A DNA stretch of 59,558 nt, from positions 1-59,558 of the IMG/VR virus record IMGVR_UViG_3300045988_091217. The stretch is one strand, 5' to 3'. Origin of the DNA: a virus. Numbering within the stretch: the first letter of the stretch is position 1; the number at the start of each line of letters is the position of its first letter. Positions 10,198 to 20,189 of this stretch are shown here, piece after piece. Below the pieces are notes generated by a model. The model did not search any database, was not told the DNA's origin, and saw only the letters and a list, made by a program, of their open reading frames with translations. Both the position numbers and the translations under genes were made by a program.

Positions 10198-10831
10198 CAT
10201 GAAAAAGGCATCGACAGCATTATTGCTGGGTAATGGAACAAATGCCACGCTGACAATAGACGATATTTTGAGTAAGGGCGTGACTATTAAACAGGCCGCC
10301 CTGATTTTTCACGTCCATAACACAGAACTCGGCAACCTTGTACGAAAGGCGAAGATTCAGCCATCTGGTACGCGCAACGGTGCTGATATTTATGCTATTC
10401 GAGATATTGCGAGCGTATGCGTTCCGCCTGTCTGGACGGACGAGGAATGGGAGGAAGTGTTTCATAAGGGGCATTTCCCCATTGCGCTTAAAAAGGACTT
10501 CTGGGCGGCGAAAAAGGCGCGTCTGAGCTATCTTATCGAGGCTGGTGAATATTGGCATACCTCCGAAGTGATTGACGCTGTATCTGAGCTTAATAAGACC
10601 TTTGCAATGGGTGTCAAACTTATTCCCGACACCATAGACCGTCTGACATCACTCACTCCTGAGCAACGAACCCTTATCGTGGAGTTACTCGACGAGGTGA
10701 TGGAAGGCGTTGCTAAATCAGTGGTTGATAAGTTCGGCGAACGTGCGCAGAAAGAGCGTGCTGCCCGTTATGAAGATTTAACAGGAGAACAAGTAAATGA
10801 CGTTGACGAGCAAGAACTCGAAGACCTTTAA
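10190..10831 (+). CDS. putative terminase small subunit / HTH DNA-binding protein (Nu1-like by position)
   Basis: Lies directly upstream of and overlapping the gpA-like TerL gene. Has an HTH-like N-terminus. The C-terminus VDEQELEDL is shared with the primase-helicase. Confidence 0.35.
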   Translation: MANMKKASTALLLGNGTNATLTIDDILSKGVTIKQAALIFHVHNTELGNLVRKAKIQPSGTRNGADIYAIRDIASVCVPPVWTDEEWEEVFHKGHFPIALKKDFWAAKKARLSYLIEAGEYWHTSEVIDAVSELNKTFAMGVKLIPDTIDRLTSLTPEQRTLIVELLDEVMEGVAKSVVDKFGERAQKERAARYEDLTGEQVNDVDEQELEDL

Positions 10832-12944
10832 ACATATCGGGCAGTACGGAAGTCTGTCCGATATGTTTGTTGAATTGGCCTCAATATTGCAACCTCCAGA
10901 ACGCCTCACTGTATCCCAGTGGGCTGAGAAATACCGTTACGTCAATAATCGTGGTTCGTATGTTGGTTATTGGAAGAACTCAACAACTCCGTACATGATT
11001 GAGCCGATGGATATGTTGAGCAGTCCTATTCATGACGGGGTTATCATGGCCGCTCCTGCGCAGTGCGGTAAGACCGATGCCCTGATTGTCAACTGGACTG
11101 GGTACTCCATACACGGAGACCCAATGGACATGCTGATTATCAACCCGACATCCGCGATGAGTCGTGACTTCTCCAAACGTCGTGTCGATAAACTGCTGCG
11201 TGACACTAAGGAATGCGGTGAGTTGCTCAACGGAGACCGTGACGCTGACAATATCAGCGACAAACATTTCCAAAACGGCGTATTCCTGTCGCTGGCTCAT
11301 CCGAGCGTATCCGAACTGGCAGGTCGTCCGATTCCGCGTGTCATGCTGACCGACTATGACCGCATGGATGACGACATCGGCGGCGACGGTTCACCTTACG
11401 ACTTGGCCGCAAAACGTACAACGACGTTCGGTTCGTATCGTATGTGCTTGGCCGAGAGCAGCCCTAGCCGACCAATCGAAGACCCTAACTGGGTTGAAGT
11501 AGCTGGCTCACACGAAGCCCCTCCGACTAAGGGTATTTTCGCGCTCTATAATCGAGGTGACAGACGCAGATGGTATTGGGCTTGCCCACACTGTTCTGAG
11601 CGTTTCGAGGGTACGTTCTCGATGCTCAAATGGGATGAGAAAGCCACGAACATGATTGACATTGCGGCTTCAACCTATCTGCAATGCCCTAAATGTTTTG
11701 GCCGAATTGAACAGTCACAACGGCACGCCATGCAGCAAACAGGCGTATGGGTTCAAGACGGAATGTATTTCAACCGACAGGGTGAATTGGTAGGCAGCCC
11801 ACGTAAAACCCGTATTGCGTCCTTCTGGCTGCGCGGCGTAGCCGCAGCATTCGTAAACTGGGGTCAACTGGTTACAATGTATCTGGCTGCTGAGGAAGAG
11901 TTTAAAACCACTGGCTCGGAAGAGGCGTTGCAGAAGTTTTACAACACCGACTTGGCTGAACCGTACATTCCGAAATCACAAGTTTCACAACGATTACCTG
12001 AACACCTGAAAGACCGCGCGATTGACATCGGAGAACGCGTTGTTCCTATCGGCGTTCGAAATTTGATTGCGTGTGTCGACGTGCAGAAGAACAGATTCGT
12101 TGTTCAAGTGCATGGCATTTCTGCTGGTGCGCCGTTCGACATTACAGTGATTGACAGGTTTGATATTCGTAAATCCGCGCGTGTTGATGCCGATGGCGAT
12201 AATTACTTCGTTCGTCCAGCGACATTCTTCGAGGACTGGTCTTTAATTGAAACTGAAGTAATGGATAGGCTGTATCCTCTGGCCGACGGTAGTGGTCGAC
12301 GCATGGGTATTACGATGACTGTTTGTGACAGTGGTGGTTATGCGCGTGAGAAGGGTGAAAGCGTTACGTCTATGGCTTACGATTTCTACCGTAGCCTGAA
12401 GAATAAGCGCAAAGCCGCTCGATTCCACTTGGTGAAAGGTGTCGTTACACCGAACTCACCACGAGCATTTATCACATATCCAGATGCGACTAAGAAGGAT
12501 GCTTTGAGTGCTGCGCGTGGTGACGTACCAGTCTTGATGCTTAACTCAAATATGTTGAAAGACACCTTGTCAAACAGACTTGATTCAACCGAAGTGGGTC
12601 ATGGTCTGATTACCTTCCCAGACTGGTTGTCTATTGAGTTCTATCAGGAGTTATGCGCCGAGATACGAAGCCCTACGAAATGGGAAAAGATTCCACATCA
12701 AAACAACGAAGCATGGGACTTGCTGTATTACTGTATTGGTGTATCAATCTCCAAACTGTTGATGATTGACCGTATTGATTGGGCTAATGCGCCGCCGCTG
12801 TTTGACGAATGGAATAAAAACCCGTTGGTTTATGCTCCAGTTGATGCGACGGACGAAACAGGAGATAATGTTGTCATTCACGATGCCCAACAATCTCATT
12901 CCGAGTTGAGTTGGGATGAAATTAACAGATTACAGGGAGCGTAG
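10797..12944 (+). CDS. terL: terminase large subunit, lambda gpA family
   Basis: Walker A AAPAQCGKTD. WACPHCSERFEGTF resembles lambda gpA VACPHCGEEQYLKF. GGAGAA RBS. Confidence 0.85.
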   Translation: MTLTSKNSKTFKHIGQYGSLSDMFVELASILQPPERLTVSQWAEKYRYVNNRGSYVGYWKNSTTPYMIEPMDMLSSPIHDGVIMAAPAQCGKTDALIVNWTGYSIHGDPMDMLIINPTSAMSRDFSKRRVDKLLRDTKECGELLNGDRDADNISDKHFQNGVFLSLAHPSVSELAGRPIPRVMLTDYDRMDDDIGGDGSPYDLAAKRTTTFGSYRMCLAESSPSRPIEDPNWVEVAGSHEAPPTKGIFALYNRGDRRRWYWACPHCSERFEGTFSMLKWDEKATNMIDIAASTYLQCPKCFGRIEQSQRHAMQQTGVWVQDGMYFNRQGELVGSPRKTRIASFWLRGVAAAFVNWGQLVTMYLAAEEEFKTTGSEEALQKFYNTDLAEPYIPKSQVSQRLPEHLKDRAIDIGERVVPIGVRNLIACVDVQKNRFVVQVHGISAGAPFDITVIDRFDIRKSARVDADGDNYFVRPATFFEDWSLIETEVMDRLYPLADGSGRRMGITMTVCDSGGYAREKGESVTSMAYDFYRSLKNKRKAARFHLVKGVVTPNSPRAFITYPDATKKDALSAARGDVPVLMLNSNMLKDTLSNRLDSTEVGHGLITFPDWLSIEFYQELCAEIRSPTKWEKIPHQNNEAWDLLYYCIGVSISKLLMIDRIDWANAPPLFDEWNKNPLVYAPVDATDETGDNVVIHDAQQSHSELSWDEINRLQGA

Positions 12945-12945
12945 T

Positions 12946-13197
12946 ATGAGTTGTAATTGCACATCATACACACCAGAGCAATTAAAAGACGCGAAAGACG
13001 CGTATTTCCGCATTGCGTCTGGCCAAAACGTAACGGTGGTGATTGACCAGAATGGTGAGCGCATCGAGTATCAAAAGGCGAATTTATCTGTATTGGCGGA
13101 TTTAATTCGTCGAATGGAGATGGAGCTACGCGCCTGCGGTATGCTTGACGGCGGACTGCATGGTCAAGGTTATCGTCCGTTGCGAGTATACTTCTAG
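12946..13197 (+). CDS. head-tail joining protein, lambda gpW-like
   Basis: Small ORF between TerL and portal with a gpW-like pattern (GERIEY ... DLIRRMEME). Start at the ATG at 12946 after a GGGAG RBS. Confidence 0.5.
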   Translation: MSCNCTSYTPEQLKDAKDAYFRIASGQNVTVVIDQNGERIEYQKANLSVLADLIRRMEMELRACGMLDGGLHGQGYRPLRVYF

Positions 13198-13205
13198 GAG
13201 ATATT

Positions 13206-14855
13206 ATGTCAGGTATTGACGGATACAAATCACACGGCGGTACGGGTGGTCTTGATGGCGCGAACCGAACCAGTCGTGAAATGGCAACGTGGGAAGCATC
13301 TCCGTTACCAATGGATGCGATGTTGCGTTTTGAAAAAGACATCATCGACGACCGCGCTCGCGACGTAGTTCTCAATGATGGTTACGCCAGTGGTGTTGTG
13401 GCCATTCATAAAGACAACATTGTCGGTTCTCAGTTTAAGTTAAACTCGCAACCTAACGTTGATGTTTTGGATGTTGATGATAATGAGTGGCTATACAACT
13501 TCCAGCGCATTGTCGAATCAAAATTCAACAACACGGCATCAAGTGCTAAACACTGGCTTGATGCCGCTGGCATTAAAGACTTTACCGCAATGGTTCGCCA
13601 AGCAGTTGGTGTGTTCTTGATACACGGCGAGGTTCTTGCCGCTGCTGAATGGATTACCGACCAAAAACGTCCATACGCTACGGCTATTCAGATGATTAGC
13701 CCGAAACGTTTGAGTAATCCAAACGGTCAGATGGATGACGCAACACTCAAAGCAGGTATTGAGCGTGATAAATATGGTCGACCTGTTGCTTATCACATCA
13801 TGGAAGCACATCCATACGATTACACTCAAACCGAGAAATTGTTTAAGTGGAAGAAAATCCCTGCTGAAACCAAGTGGGGTCGTAAGCAAATTATTCACAT
13901 CATTGACCAATTAATGCCTGAACAAGTGCGCGGTGTAAGCGAGATGGTGAGTGTATTGAAGCAAATGCGTATGACCCGTCGTTTCCAAGACGTTGAGTTG
14001 CAACAGGCCGTCTTGCAGGCAACGTATGCTGCAAGCATTGAAAGTGATTTGCCACCGCAAATGATTACTGAAATTATGGGCGGTAATCCAAACGGTGTGA
14101 GCTTTGATATTGCCGCCAAGTCAATGCTTGGCTCTATCCTGCAACACACCGCAACGCGCGATATTCAGTTGGATGGCGCACGAATCCCAGTCCTGCACCC
14201 GAATACTAAACTGAATCTGCAACAACTCGGTCAGCCAAGCGGTACTGGTTCTGAGTATGAGCAATCCTTACTGAGACATATCGCCGCTGGTCTTGGTGTC
14301 AGCTACGAGCAGTTCTCACGCGACTACACCAAAACAAACTATTCCAGCGCACGCGCGAGTATGAATGAAACATTCAAATTCATGCAGTCACGCAAAAAGG
14401 CTGTCGCGGATAAATTTGCAACTGAAGTCTACCGCTTATGGTTGGAAGAGCAAATCAATAACGGTTCTGTTCCTTTGCCGAAGGGTAAGACAGCGGCATG
14501 GATTTATGAGAATCCAGAAATCTTCGACGCTCTGGCGCAATGCTCATGGATTGGTGCGGCTCGCGGCCAAATCGATGAGATGAAGGAAACACAGGCGGCA
14601 ATTCTCAAAACCAAGTTTGGTCTGTCAACGCTCGAAATTGAAGCGGCTCGTATGGGCTACGACTGGCGTGAATTGTTGGCGCAACGTAAGCGCGAGCAGG
14701 AGGAGATTGAACGCTTGGGCATTGTCATTGACGATGGTGCGGAAAAAGCTGTTGTAAACAAAAAATCTTCAAAATCTGGGGAGTCTGTTGATTCCGAAGA
14801 TAAAAAAGGAGATAATCCCGATAACGAAAATTCGAAAGATGGCGAAAATGAGTAA
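13206..14855 (+). CDS. portal protein, lambda gpB family
   Basis: 549 aa, positioned after the W-like gene. GGAGA RBS. Confidence 0.75.
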   Translation: MSGIDGYKSHGGTGGLDGANRTSREMATWEASPLPMDAMLRFEKDIIDDRARDVVLNDGYASGVVAIHKDNIVGSQFKLNSQPNVDVLDVDDNEWLYNFQRIVESKFNNTASSAKHWLDAAGIKDFTAMVRQAVGVFLIHGEVLAAAEWITDQKRPYATAIQMISPKRLSNPNGQMDDATLKAGIERDKYGRPVAYHIMEAHPYDYTQTEKLFKWKKIPAETKWGRKQIIHIIDQLMPEQVRGVSEMVSVLKQMRMTRRFQDVELQQAVLQATYAASIESDLPPQMITEIMGGNPNGVSFDIAAKSMLGSILQHTATRDIQLDGARIPVLHPNTKLNLQQLGQPSGTGSEYEQSLLRHIAAGLGVSYEQFSRDYTKTNYSSARASMNETFKFMQSRKKAVADKFATEVYRLWLEEQINNGSVPLPKGKTAAWIYENPEIFDALAQCSWIGAARGQIDEMKETQAAILKTKFGLSTLEIEAARMGYDWRELLAQRKREQEEIERLGIVIDDGAEKAVVNKKSSKSGESVDSEDKKGDNPDNENSKDGENE

Positions 14856-16143
14856 TTCAGTACATCCTATTGTTGCGTCTCTTGCCTCACAGCAAACGTT
14901 ATATCTTGCTGTGCAGCAGGAGGCTGCTGGTAAATTTCTGACCGATTTGAACGTCAACATGACTAACCCAGTGTTGCAAACAGAAGAAGGTCGCGTCGAC
15001 ATGGTTAAACAAACCATGGCTCGAAGCATCGGTGCTTCTGCGGTGGGCGGCGTTACAATGTATGGCAGGATTGGTACAACAGCAGTAATTCCTGTATTCG
15101 GCGCATTGATAAATCGATTTAACGCGACTTTTGGTTTTATCACTGGCTACAACTATATCAAAAATGCAATCGCAACTGCGTTGGCCGATGAGTCTGTCGA
15201 TAACATTATCTTGGATATTAACTCTGGTGGCGGCGAGGTTGCTGGCTGTTTTGAAACAGTTGATTACATCAAAGCGGCACGTTCGCAAAAAGAAATTCAT
15301 GCCATCGTTGACAGTAATTGTTATTCTGCGGCATACGCGATTGCTTCAGCGTGTACGTCGATTAAGGCTACGCCGAGTAGCGGAATCGGTTCTATTGGCG
15401 TTGTCGCCATGCACGCAAGTTACGAGAAGGCACTGGAAAAGGAAGGTATTTCCGTAACATTCATCAAAGCTGGCGAACACAAAGTTGACGGCAACCCATA
15501 CGAAGAATTGACTGATTCTGTAAAAGCAGATATGCAAAAAAGAATTGACGCAACTTATAATAGCTTCGTATCATTAGTGGGTGCGAACCGTTCGCTTGCC
15601 GTCGAAGATGTAGTAAAGACGCAGGCGGCGTGTTATACTGCGCAAGATGCAAAATCGATTGGTCTCATCGACGACGTAATTAGCGTCGAAGGGGCTGTTA
15701 AGTTAATCACGGAGGGACGTATGTCTAATGAAAATACAGTTCAGGCGGTAAACGAAACCAAAACTGAACAGCAGGCTCAAACGCCTCAAGCCCCTGTTGC
15801 CCAAGCCGATGTAAATGCTGAACGCAGCCGCATTCAGAGCATTATCACCGCCGAAGCAGCCACCAAGAACAGCAAATTGGCACATCATCTGGCGTTCAAC
15901 ACCAGCATGAGTGTTGAAGATGCTATTCAGACCCTGAATGCCGCAGCGCAAGATGTTAAAGAGCAACCTGTTGCCCAGCAACCAACCGCTCAACAACCAG
16001 CCGCAGCAGTTAACCTGTTGGCCAACGCAATGGCTCAAACCAAGCAGCCTAACGTTGGTGCTGATGCAGGTGATGTGTCTGAAGCAACCAAACTAGCTGC
16101 TGACATTGATGTTGTCGCCAGCTTCCTGAAAAACGACCAATAA
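14839..16143 (+). CDS. prohead protease (S49/ClpP-like) with C-terminal scaffold, lambda gpC/Nu3-like
   Basis: DINSGGGEVAG. HKVDGNPY is identical to lambda gpC. C-terminal QADVNAERSRIQSI matches the Nu3 region of gpC. Confidence 0.85.
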   Translation: MAKMSNSVHPIVASLASQQTLYLAVQQEAAGKFLTDLNVNMTNPVLQTEEGRVDMVKQTMARSIGASAVGGVTMYGRIGTTAVIPVFGALINRFNATFGFITGYNYIKNAIATALADESVDNIILDINSGGGEVAGCFETVDYIKAARSQKEIHAIVDSNCYSAAYAIASACTSIKATPSSGIGSIGVVAMHASYEKALEKEGISVTFIKAGEHKVDGNPYEELTDSVKADMQKRIDATYNSFVSLVGANRSLAVEDVVKTQAACYTAQDAKSIGLIDDVISVEGAVKLITEGRMSNENTVQAVNETKTEQQAQTPQAPVAQADVNAERSRIQSIITAEAATKNSKLAHHLAFNTSMSVEDAIQTLNAAAQDVKEQPVAQQPTAQQPAAAVNLLANAMAQTKQPNVGADAGDVSEATKLAADIDVVASFLKNDQ

Positions 16144-16154
16144 AAGGATTTAAA

Positions 16155-16565
16155 ATGTTTGCGAAAAGTGAAAAAATTACAGCGGTTGGTGGTGAGCATA
16201 TTCCGTTGTTCGCCAAACAGACTCCGTTGCCAGTTACTGAAGTGCTTGTTGCAGAACATAACATTGAGCAATACATGCTTGTTATAGTAACTCCTGCTGG
16301 CAAAGTCAGGCAATCCTCTGCTGACTTGTTTCAGCCATTGTCTGGTGGCAATCGTCTCGGTGTCATTGCGTATCCTGCAAAAGCAAATGAGCCTGTTTCC
16401 ACATATGTGCATGGCACATTTAATATCAACGCAATTAAATACCCGAATGGTTTGTTTCAGAAGACAAATCCAACTAAACAGGAAATGCTGACTGTGTTGA
16501 AAAACATTGCTTCACCAGTAATCTTCTTCGACGATTGTGAAACAAACCCAGTACAACGTACTTAA
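16155..16565 (+). CDS. head decoration protein (lambda gpD-like by position)
   Basis: 136 aa between the protease and the capsid gene. HGTFNINAIKYPNG resembles the gpD SGTFRYEDVLWPE region. Confidence 0.5.
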   Translation: MFAKSEKITAVGGEHIPLFAKQTPLPVTEVLVAEHNIEQYMLVIVTPAGKVRQSSADLFQPLSGGNRLGVIAYPAKANEPVSTYVHGTFNINAIKYPNGLFQKTNPTKQEMLTVLKNIASPVIFFDDCETNPVQRT

Positions 16566-16577
16566 GAAAGGTTAATT

Positions 16578-17654
16578 ATGCCAAACGCTACAACCCTGAC
16601 GGAGACCCTGATTCAAGGCGGCTTGATTCGCAAGCTGGAAGCTCCGAAATCCTTCTACCGCGCACTGTTCGGTAACACCTTCTTGGCCAAATCCGACGTG
16701 ATTATCTTTGACGACGTGTTCGAAGACTATCGTGGCATCGCCAAATTCGTTGCCCCTAACGTGGTAAGTAAGGTCAACCAAAACAAAAACTTCGATGTGA
16801 AATCTTTCCGTCCTGCGTACGCTAAGGAAAAAGACTCCATCGACGCATGGGATGAACGTCTGCAACATCGCGTGGCTGGTGAACAACTGTTCGGTAGCAT
16901 GACCCCTGCTCAACGCGCAATGGCAATTCGCGCCAAACAAATGCAGATGCACCGCATCAAAATGGCTAACCTGTACGAATTGATGGCTTTCAACGCCTTC
17001 TCTCGTGGTGAATTAGCCATTAGTGGTGACGACTACCCAACCACAACCGTAAGCTACTTCCGTGACCCTGCTTTGACAATGAGTACATTGGGTGCTGACA
17101 AATGGACTGCTCCAAACGTAAACCCATTGACCATCTTGGCTAAGATGTCTGACTTGGTGTATGAAAAATCACACACTTCCGAAGTCGACACCTTGATTAT
17201 GGGTCGTGGTGCATGGGCTGCCTTCTACGCCTACTTCTCCGCCAAAGAACGCTCTCACTTACTCGACCGCAACATTCGTGGCTCTGACCTGACCATGAAT
17301 CTGTTGCACGTTGGCGATGTACGCGGTGTTGCTATGGTGGCTCGCTTCACAGCATTGAACGGCACAACCATCGAAGTGTACGTTGACAACCGCAGCTATC
17401 TCGGCGCAGACGGCTTGCCAAAACGCTATGTCGCTGACGGCGAAGTTATCGGTTTCGATAGCCGTGAATTTGCGGGTGTGATGGCCTTTGGTGCAATCAA
17501 AGACGCAGATGCTGGCTGGGTTGCAACTGAAATGCACCACAAAGAATTCCGCGTTGACGAACCGTCAACTACCTACCTGTTGACCCAATCTGCTCCGTTG
17601 CCGATTACGCTGACTCCAAACAGCGTGTTCCGCATCGCAGATGTAACTAAATAA
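16578..17654 (+). CDS. major capsid protein, lambda gpE family
   Basis: C-terminus IKDADAGW ... LTQSAPLPITL matches lambda gpE IQDADAQ ... MIQSAPLMLL. Confidence 0.9.
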   Translation: MPNATTLTETLIQGGLIRKLEAPKSFYRALFGNTFLAKSDVIIFDDVFEDYRGIAKFVAPNVVSKVNQNKNFDVKSFRPAYAKEKDSIDAWDERLQHRVAGEQLFGSMTPAQRAMAIRAKQMQMHRIKMANLYELMAFNAFSRGELAISGDDYPTTTVSYFRDPALTMSTLGADKWTAPNVNPLTILAKMSDLVYEKSHTSEVDTLIMGRGAWAAFYAYFSAKERSHLLDRNIRGSDLTMNLLHVGDVRGVAMVARFTALNGTTIEVYVDNRSYLGADGLPKRYVADGEVIGFDSREFAGVMAFGAIKDADAGWVATEMHHKEFRVDEPSTTYLLTQSAPLPITLTPNSVFRIADVTK

Positions 17655-17665
17655 GGATGCCAGAA

Positions 17666-17971
17666 ATGTCTGAAACTATCAAAATGGTTAAATTCAAAAC
17701 CAACGTGTCTTTTGTCGGCAGTGACGGCGTTCTGCACTTCGGTGGTAGCGTTGTTCAGTTGCCTCAAGAAGACTTTGACGGTCAGGTTGAAGTCTGTGAG
17801 GAGTTCGGTTTGCCAGCACCTGAGTTGATTGAAGAAATCGAAGCAGTTGTTGAAGGCGACAAAGAGCCTGAAGGTGAAAAACCTAAAGGTCGTGGTAAGA
17901 AAGCTGCTCAACCTGAAGGCGACAAAGAACCTGAAGGCGAAAAACCTGAAGGCGACGAGTCTGAACTGTAA
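17666..17971 (+). CDS. acidic repeat protein (EGDKEPEGEKP x2); possibly FI-like packaging/head accessory
   Basis: A DNA direct repeat of about 33 bp at 17858-17890 and 17918-17950. Ends DESEL. The second ATG (17666) has an AAGGA RBS. Confidence 0.5.
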   Translation: MSETIKMVKFKTNVSFVGSDGVLHFGGSVVQLPQEDFDGQVEVCEEFGLPAPELIEEIEAVVEGDKEPEGEKPKGRGKKAAQPEGDKEPEGEKPEGDESEL

Positions 17972-17984
17972 CGCTTCTTAGCAA

Positions 17985-18027
17985 ATAGGTTTCGTGTTAG
18001 AATTAACGCGAGACCTATTTTTTTTTA
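17985..18027 (+). terminator. rho-independent terminator after the head gene block
   Basis: ataggtttcg ... cgagacctat followed by ttttttttt. Confidence 0.75.
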
Positions 18028-18039
18028 TGGAATAAAGCC

Positions 18040-18705
18040 ATGAGCTACATTGATATTTATGACGATGTTCGAAAACATTGGGAAAGCGACAGCGGTGGTA
18101 CAAACGCTGCGGCCACGCAGATTTCGTTGAAGGATTTCAAACTGAGCGGCAACTCGCTTAGTGCAACAGTTGGCGGTGTGACGAAGACTGTTGATTTGAG
18201 TCCGATTATTCCGAGAATAACACCCGACTTGCATTTGAAATCAGTCACTCCGAGCGCGGATGGTAGCAAGCTGATTTTCAAAATCGGCGAAGCTGGTAAC
18301 ACAACGCACGACCAAACTGTCGAGATGAATTTCAAAGAGCAGGTCGTTAAGCTGGTTGGCACTCCAGCAGCACCATACGACGACGCAGAAATCAAACGAC
18401 GCATTGCTGCTCTTGAAGCAGCGCAACGCACTGGTGGTACAGGTGGTACAACCTTCAAGGAATTTGAGGCGAAGTATGTTCCTAGAGCGACTCTTGGCAC
18501 TTTTGAAAACAACGAGTTCGTGCCTGTTAATTTCACCAAAACGTTTTCCAAAGTACCTTTTGTACTTGTTACCATTGACCTTAAAAATGACTCGGCTTCG
18601 CGTTTTGCATATATAGCAGGTGTTACAACAACAGGGTTTAAATTTGCTACGAACTATGCGCCTGATGTTAAAGGCATTTGGTATCAAGCCTACGTCGTGG
18701 AGTAA
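18040..18705 (+). CDS. virion-associated protein with C-terminal H-type-lectin-like domain (unknown role)
   Basis: C-terminal ...TGFKFATNYAPDVKGIWYQAYVVE has an H-type lectin-like pattern. Lies between the capsid and head-tail genes. Confidence 0.35.
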   Translation: MSYIDIYDDVRKHWESDSGGTNAAATQISLKDFKLSGNSLSATVGGVTKTVDLSPIIPRITPDLHLKSVTPSADGSKLIFKIGEAGNTTHDQTVEMNFKEQVVKLVGTPAAPYDDAEIKRRIAALEAAQRTGGTGGTTFKEFEAKYVPRATLGTFENNEFVPVNFTKTFSKVPFVLVTIDLKNDSASRFAYIAGVTTTGFKFATNYAPDVKGIWYQAYVVE

Positions 18706-18708
18706 GCA

Positions 18709-19068
18709 ATGAGCTTCCTTGATATAAAACGTAAAGCACGCGCCGATTTGCATCATGAGATGGGTGTTCCGTCCAAGCATATTTCGGCAGCGAGTGGACG
18801 CGTGTCTGATTGCCGCGTGCGCGTGCATACCAAGATAAATCTAACTGGCGATATTGACTATCAAGGTTTCGCGGAATTATCTGACGGCGGTGTTCTCGTG
18901 CTGTGTACGATTCGTGAAGCCCGTGCGCTTGGATTCAGCGTCGGCGATAAAATCGTCTATGACAGCAAGGAGTATGTGCTGAACACCCGATTGGATGACG
19001 ATGGAATCTACATCGAGAAGTGGCAGGCCACGCACTTACAGCATCGGGTAAATCATGATTACGATTGA
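18709..19068 (+). CDS. head-tail joining protein (lambda FII-like)
   Basis: VGDKIVYDSKEYVLNTRLDDDGIYIE resembles FII RGDTLTIGEENFWVDRVSPDDGG. Confidence 0.45.
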   Translation: MSFLDIKRKARADLHHEMGVPSKHISAASGRVSDCRVRVHTKINLTGDIDYQGFAELSDGGVLVLCTIREARALGFSVGDKIVYDSKEYVLNTRLDDDGIYIEKWQATHLQHRVNHDYD

Positions 19069-19666
19069 CTTGGAGAATCTGGTATCGCTGGAAAAGATGT
19101 TCAAGACCTTTCCAGAAAGAACCGCAGAAGCAGCACGCTTGGCTATCAATCAGACGGCCAAGCGTGAGGCGTTATCGCGCGTTCGACAAGATATGCGTAA
19201 GCAAATCAACTGGAAAGCGTCATATCTGAATGACCCTGATAAGACAGGTGTTGCGAAATATGCAACAAAAGGCTCGCTCGTTGCGGCAATCTACGCCCGC
19301 GACCAACCAACGATGCTTAACAGGTTTCGCCCTAATCCGAACACCATGCCGTCAAAAACGACAAGTGGTGTTAAAGTAAAGGTTAAGCCGACATCCACGA
19401 AGGTGATGAAACACGCATTTGTTCGCCAGTTCAGAAAATCTGGTAATATCGGTATTCTTACGAGAACAAAAGGGGGTGGTTCAACACCTCCTAGCGGCAT
19501 TACTCACGGCGGTGGTCGATACATCAAATCTATGCGTGCATGGCTGTTGTACGCGCCATCCGTAGACCAAGTGATGTGGGATACCGCAAAACGCAATCAA
19601 GCCCGAATCGCAAAATATCTCGAAGTCGAGTTCTTGCGACAATTCAACAGATTGGAAAAATTATGA
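19055..19666 (+). CDS. tail completion protein (gpZ-like by position)
   Basis: 203 aa, in the lambda-like order between FII-like and U-like. Confidence 0.35.
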   Translation: MITIDLENLVSLEKMFKTFPERTAEAARLAINQTAKREALSRVRQDMRKQINWKASYLNDPDKTGVAKYATKGSLVAAIYARDQPTMLNRFRPNPNTMPSKTTSGVKVKVKPTSTKVMKHAFVRQFRKSGNIGILTRTKGGGSTPPSGITHGGGRYIKSMRAWLLYAPSVDQVMWDTAKRNQARIAKYLEVEFLRQFNRLEKL

Positions 19667-20166
19667 AAGAGCATATCCGTTTAACGGCACTCAAAAAATT
19701 ATGCGCCTTGCTTGAGCAGGAAACTGGTGTACGCGTCTATCGTGGTCGTCAGGTAATCGGCGCAGATGTAACTCTCCCATGTATTGTTATCAACGAGACA
19801 ATTCGCGCTGGTAACAGCAACACTGGTGCAGACGAAGGCCGAACTGTACGCAATGACCGCGTGGACTTCCTGCTGTCAGGTTATGTAGATGTTGAGAACG
19901 TTGAACACCCTATCGACGTGGCCTATGAGCAAATCGCTAAAATCGAGCAGGCATTCAATAAAATTCACGCTATTGACGGCGGTCGTTTCGGTGGTGCTAA
20001 ATACAAAGAGTGGTATAATCTCGGCGGCTTAGTGAGTAATTTTAAATACGATTCTCCTGTTTGCCATAACCCTCCTGATGAGGTACAATCGAAATCGTAT
20101 TTTTATATCTACTTTTCATTCAGCGTTGCGTATGATAATGGAAATCCGTATGCTGAACTTGATTAA
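19663..20166 (+). CDS. tail terminator protein (gpU-like by position)
   Basis: ATGA overlap with the upstream gene. Start at the internal ATG MKEHIRL. 167 aa. Confidence 0.4.
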   Translation: MKEHIRLTALKKLCALLEQETGVRVYRGRQVIGADVTLPCIVINETIRAGNSNTGADEGRTVRNDRVDFLLSGYVDVENVEHPIDVAYEQIAKIEQAFNKIHAIDGGRFGGAKYKEWYNLGGLVSNFKYDSPVCHNPPDEVQSKSYFYIYFSFSVAYDNGNPYAELD

Positions 20167-20189
20167 TCAACCAATAGGAGTATAGCAAA

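Noticed and set aside
10190-10831. Alternative call of the 213-aa protein as a replication-module protein rather than TerS
   Set aside because: Kept as a low-confidence TerS-like call because of its position and HTH. Its ELEDL tail, shared with the primase-helicase, leaves this open.
18057-18828. Long minus-strand ORFs (172 and 195 aa) antisense to the 18040-18705 gene
   Set aside because: Fully overlapped by a better-supported sense gene with an RBS. No RBS and no convincing motifs. Typical antisense open frames.
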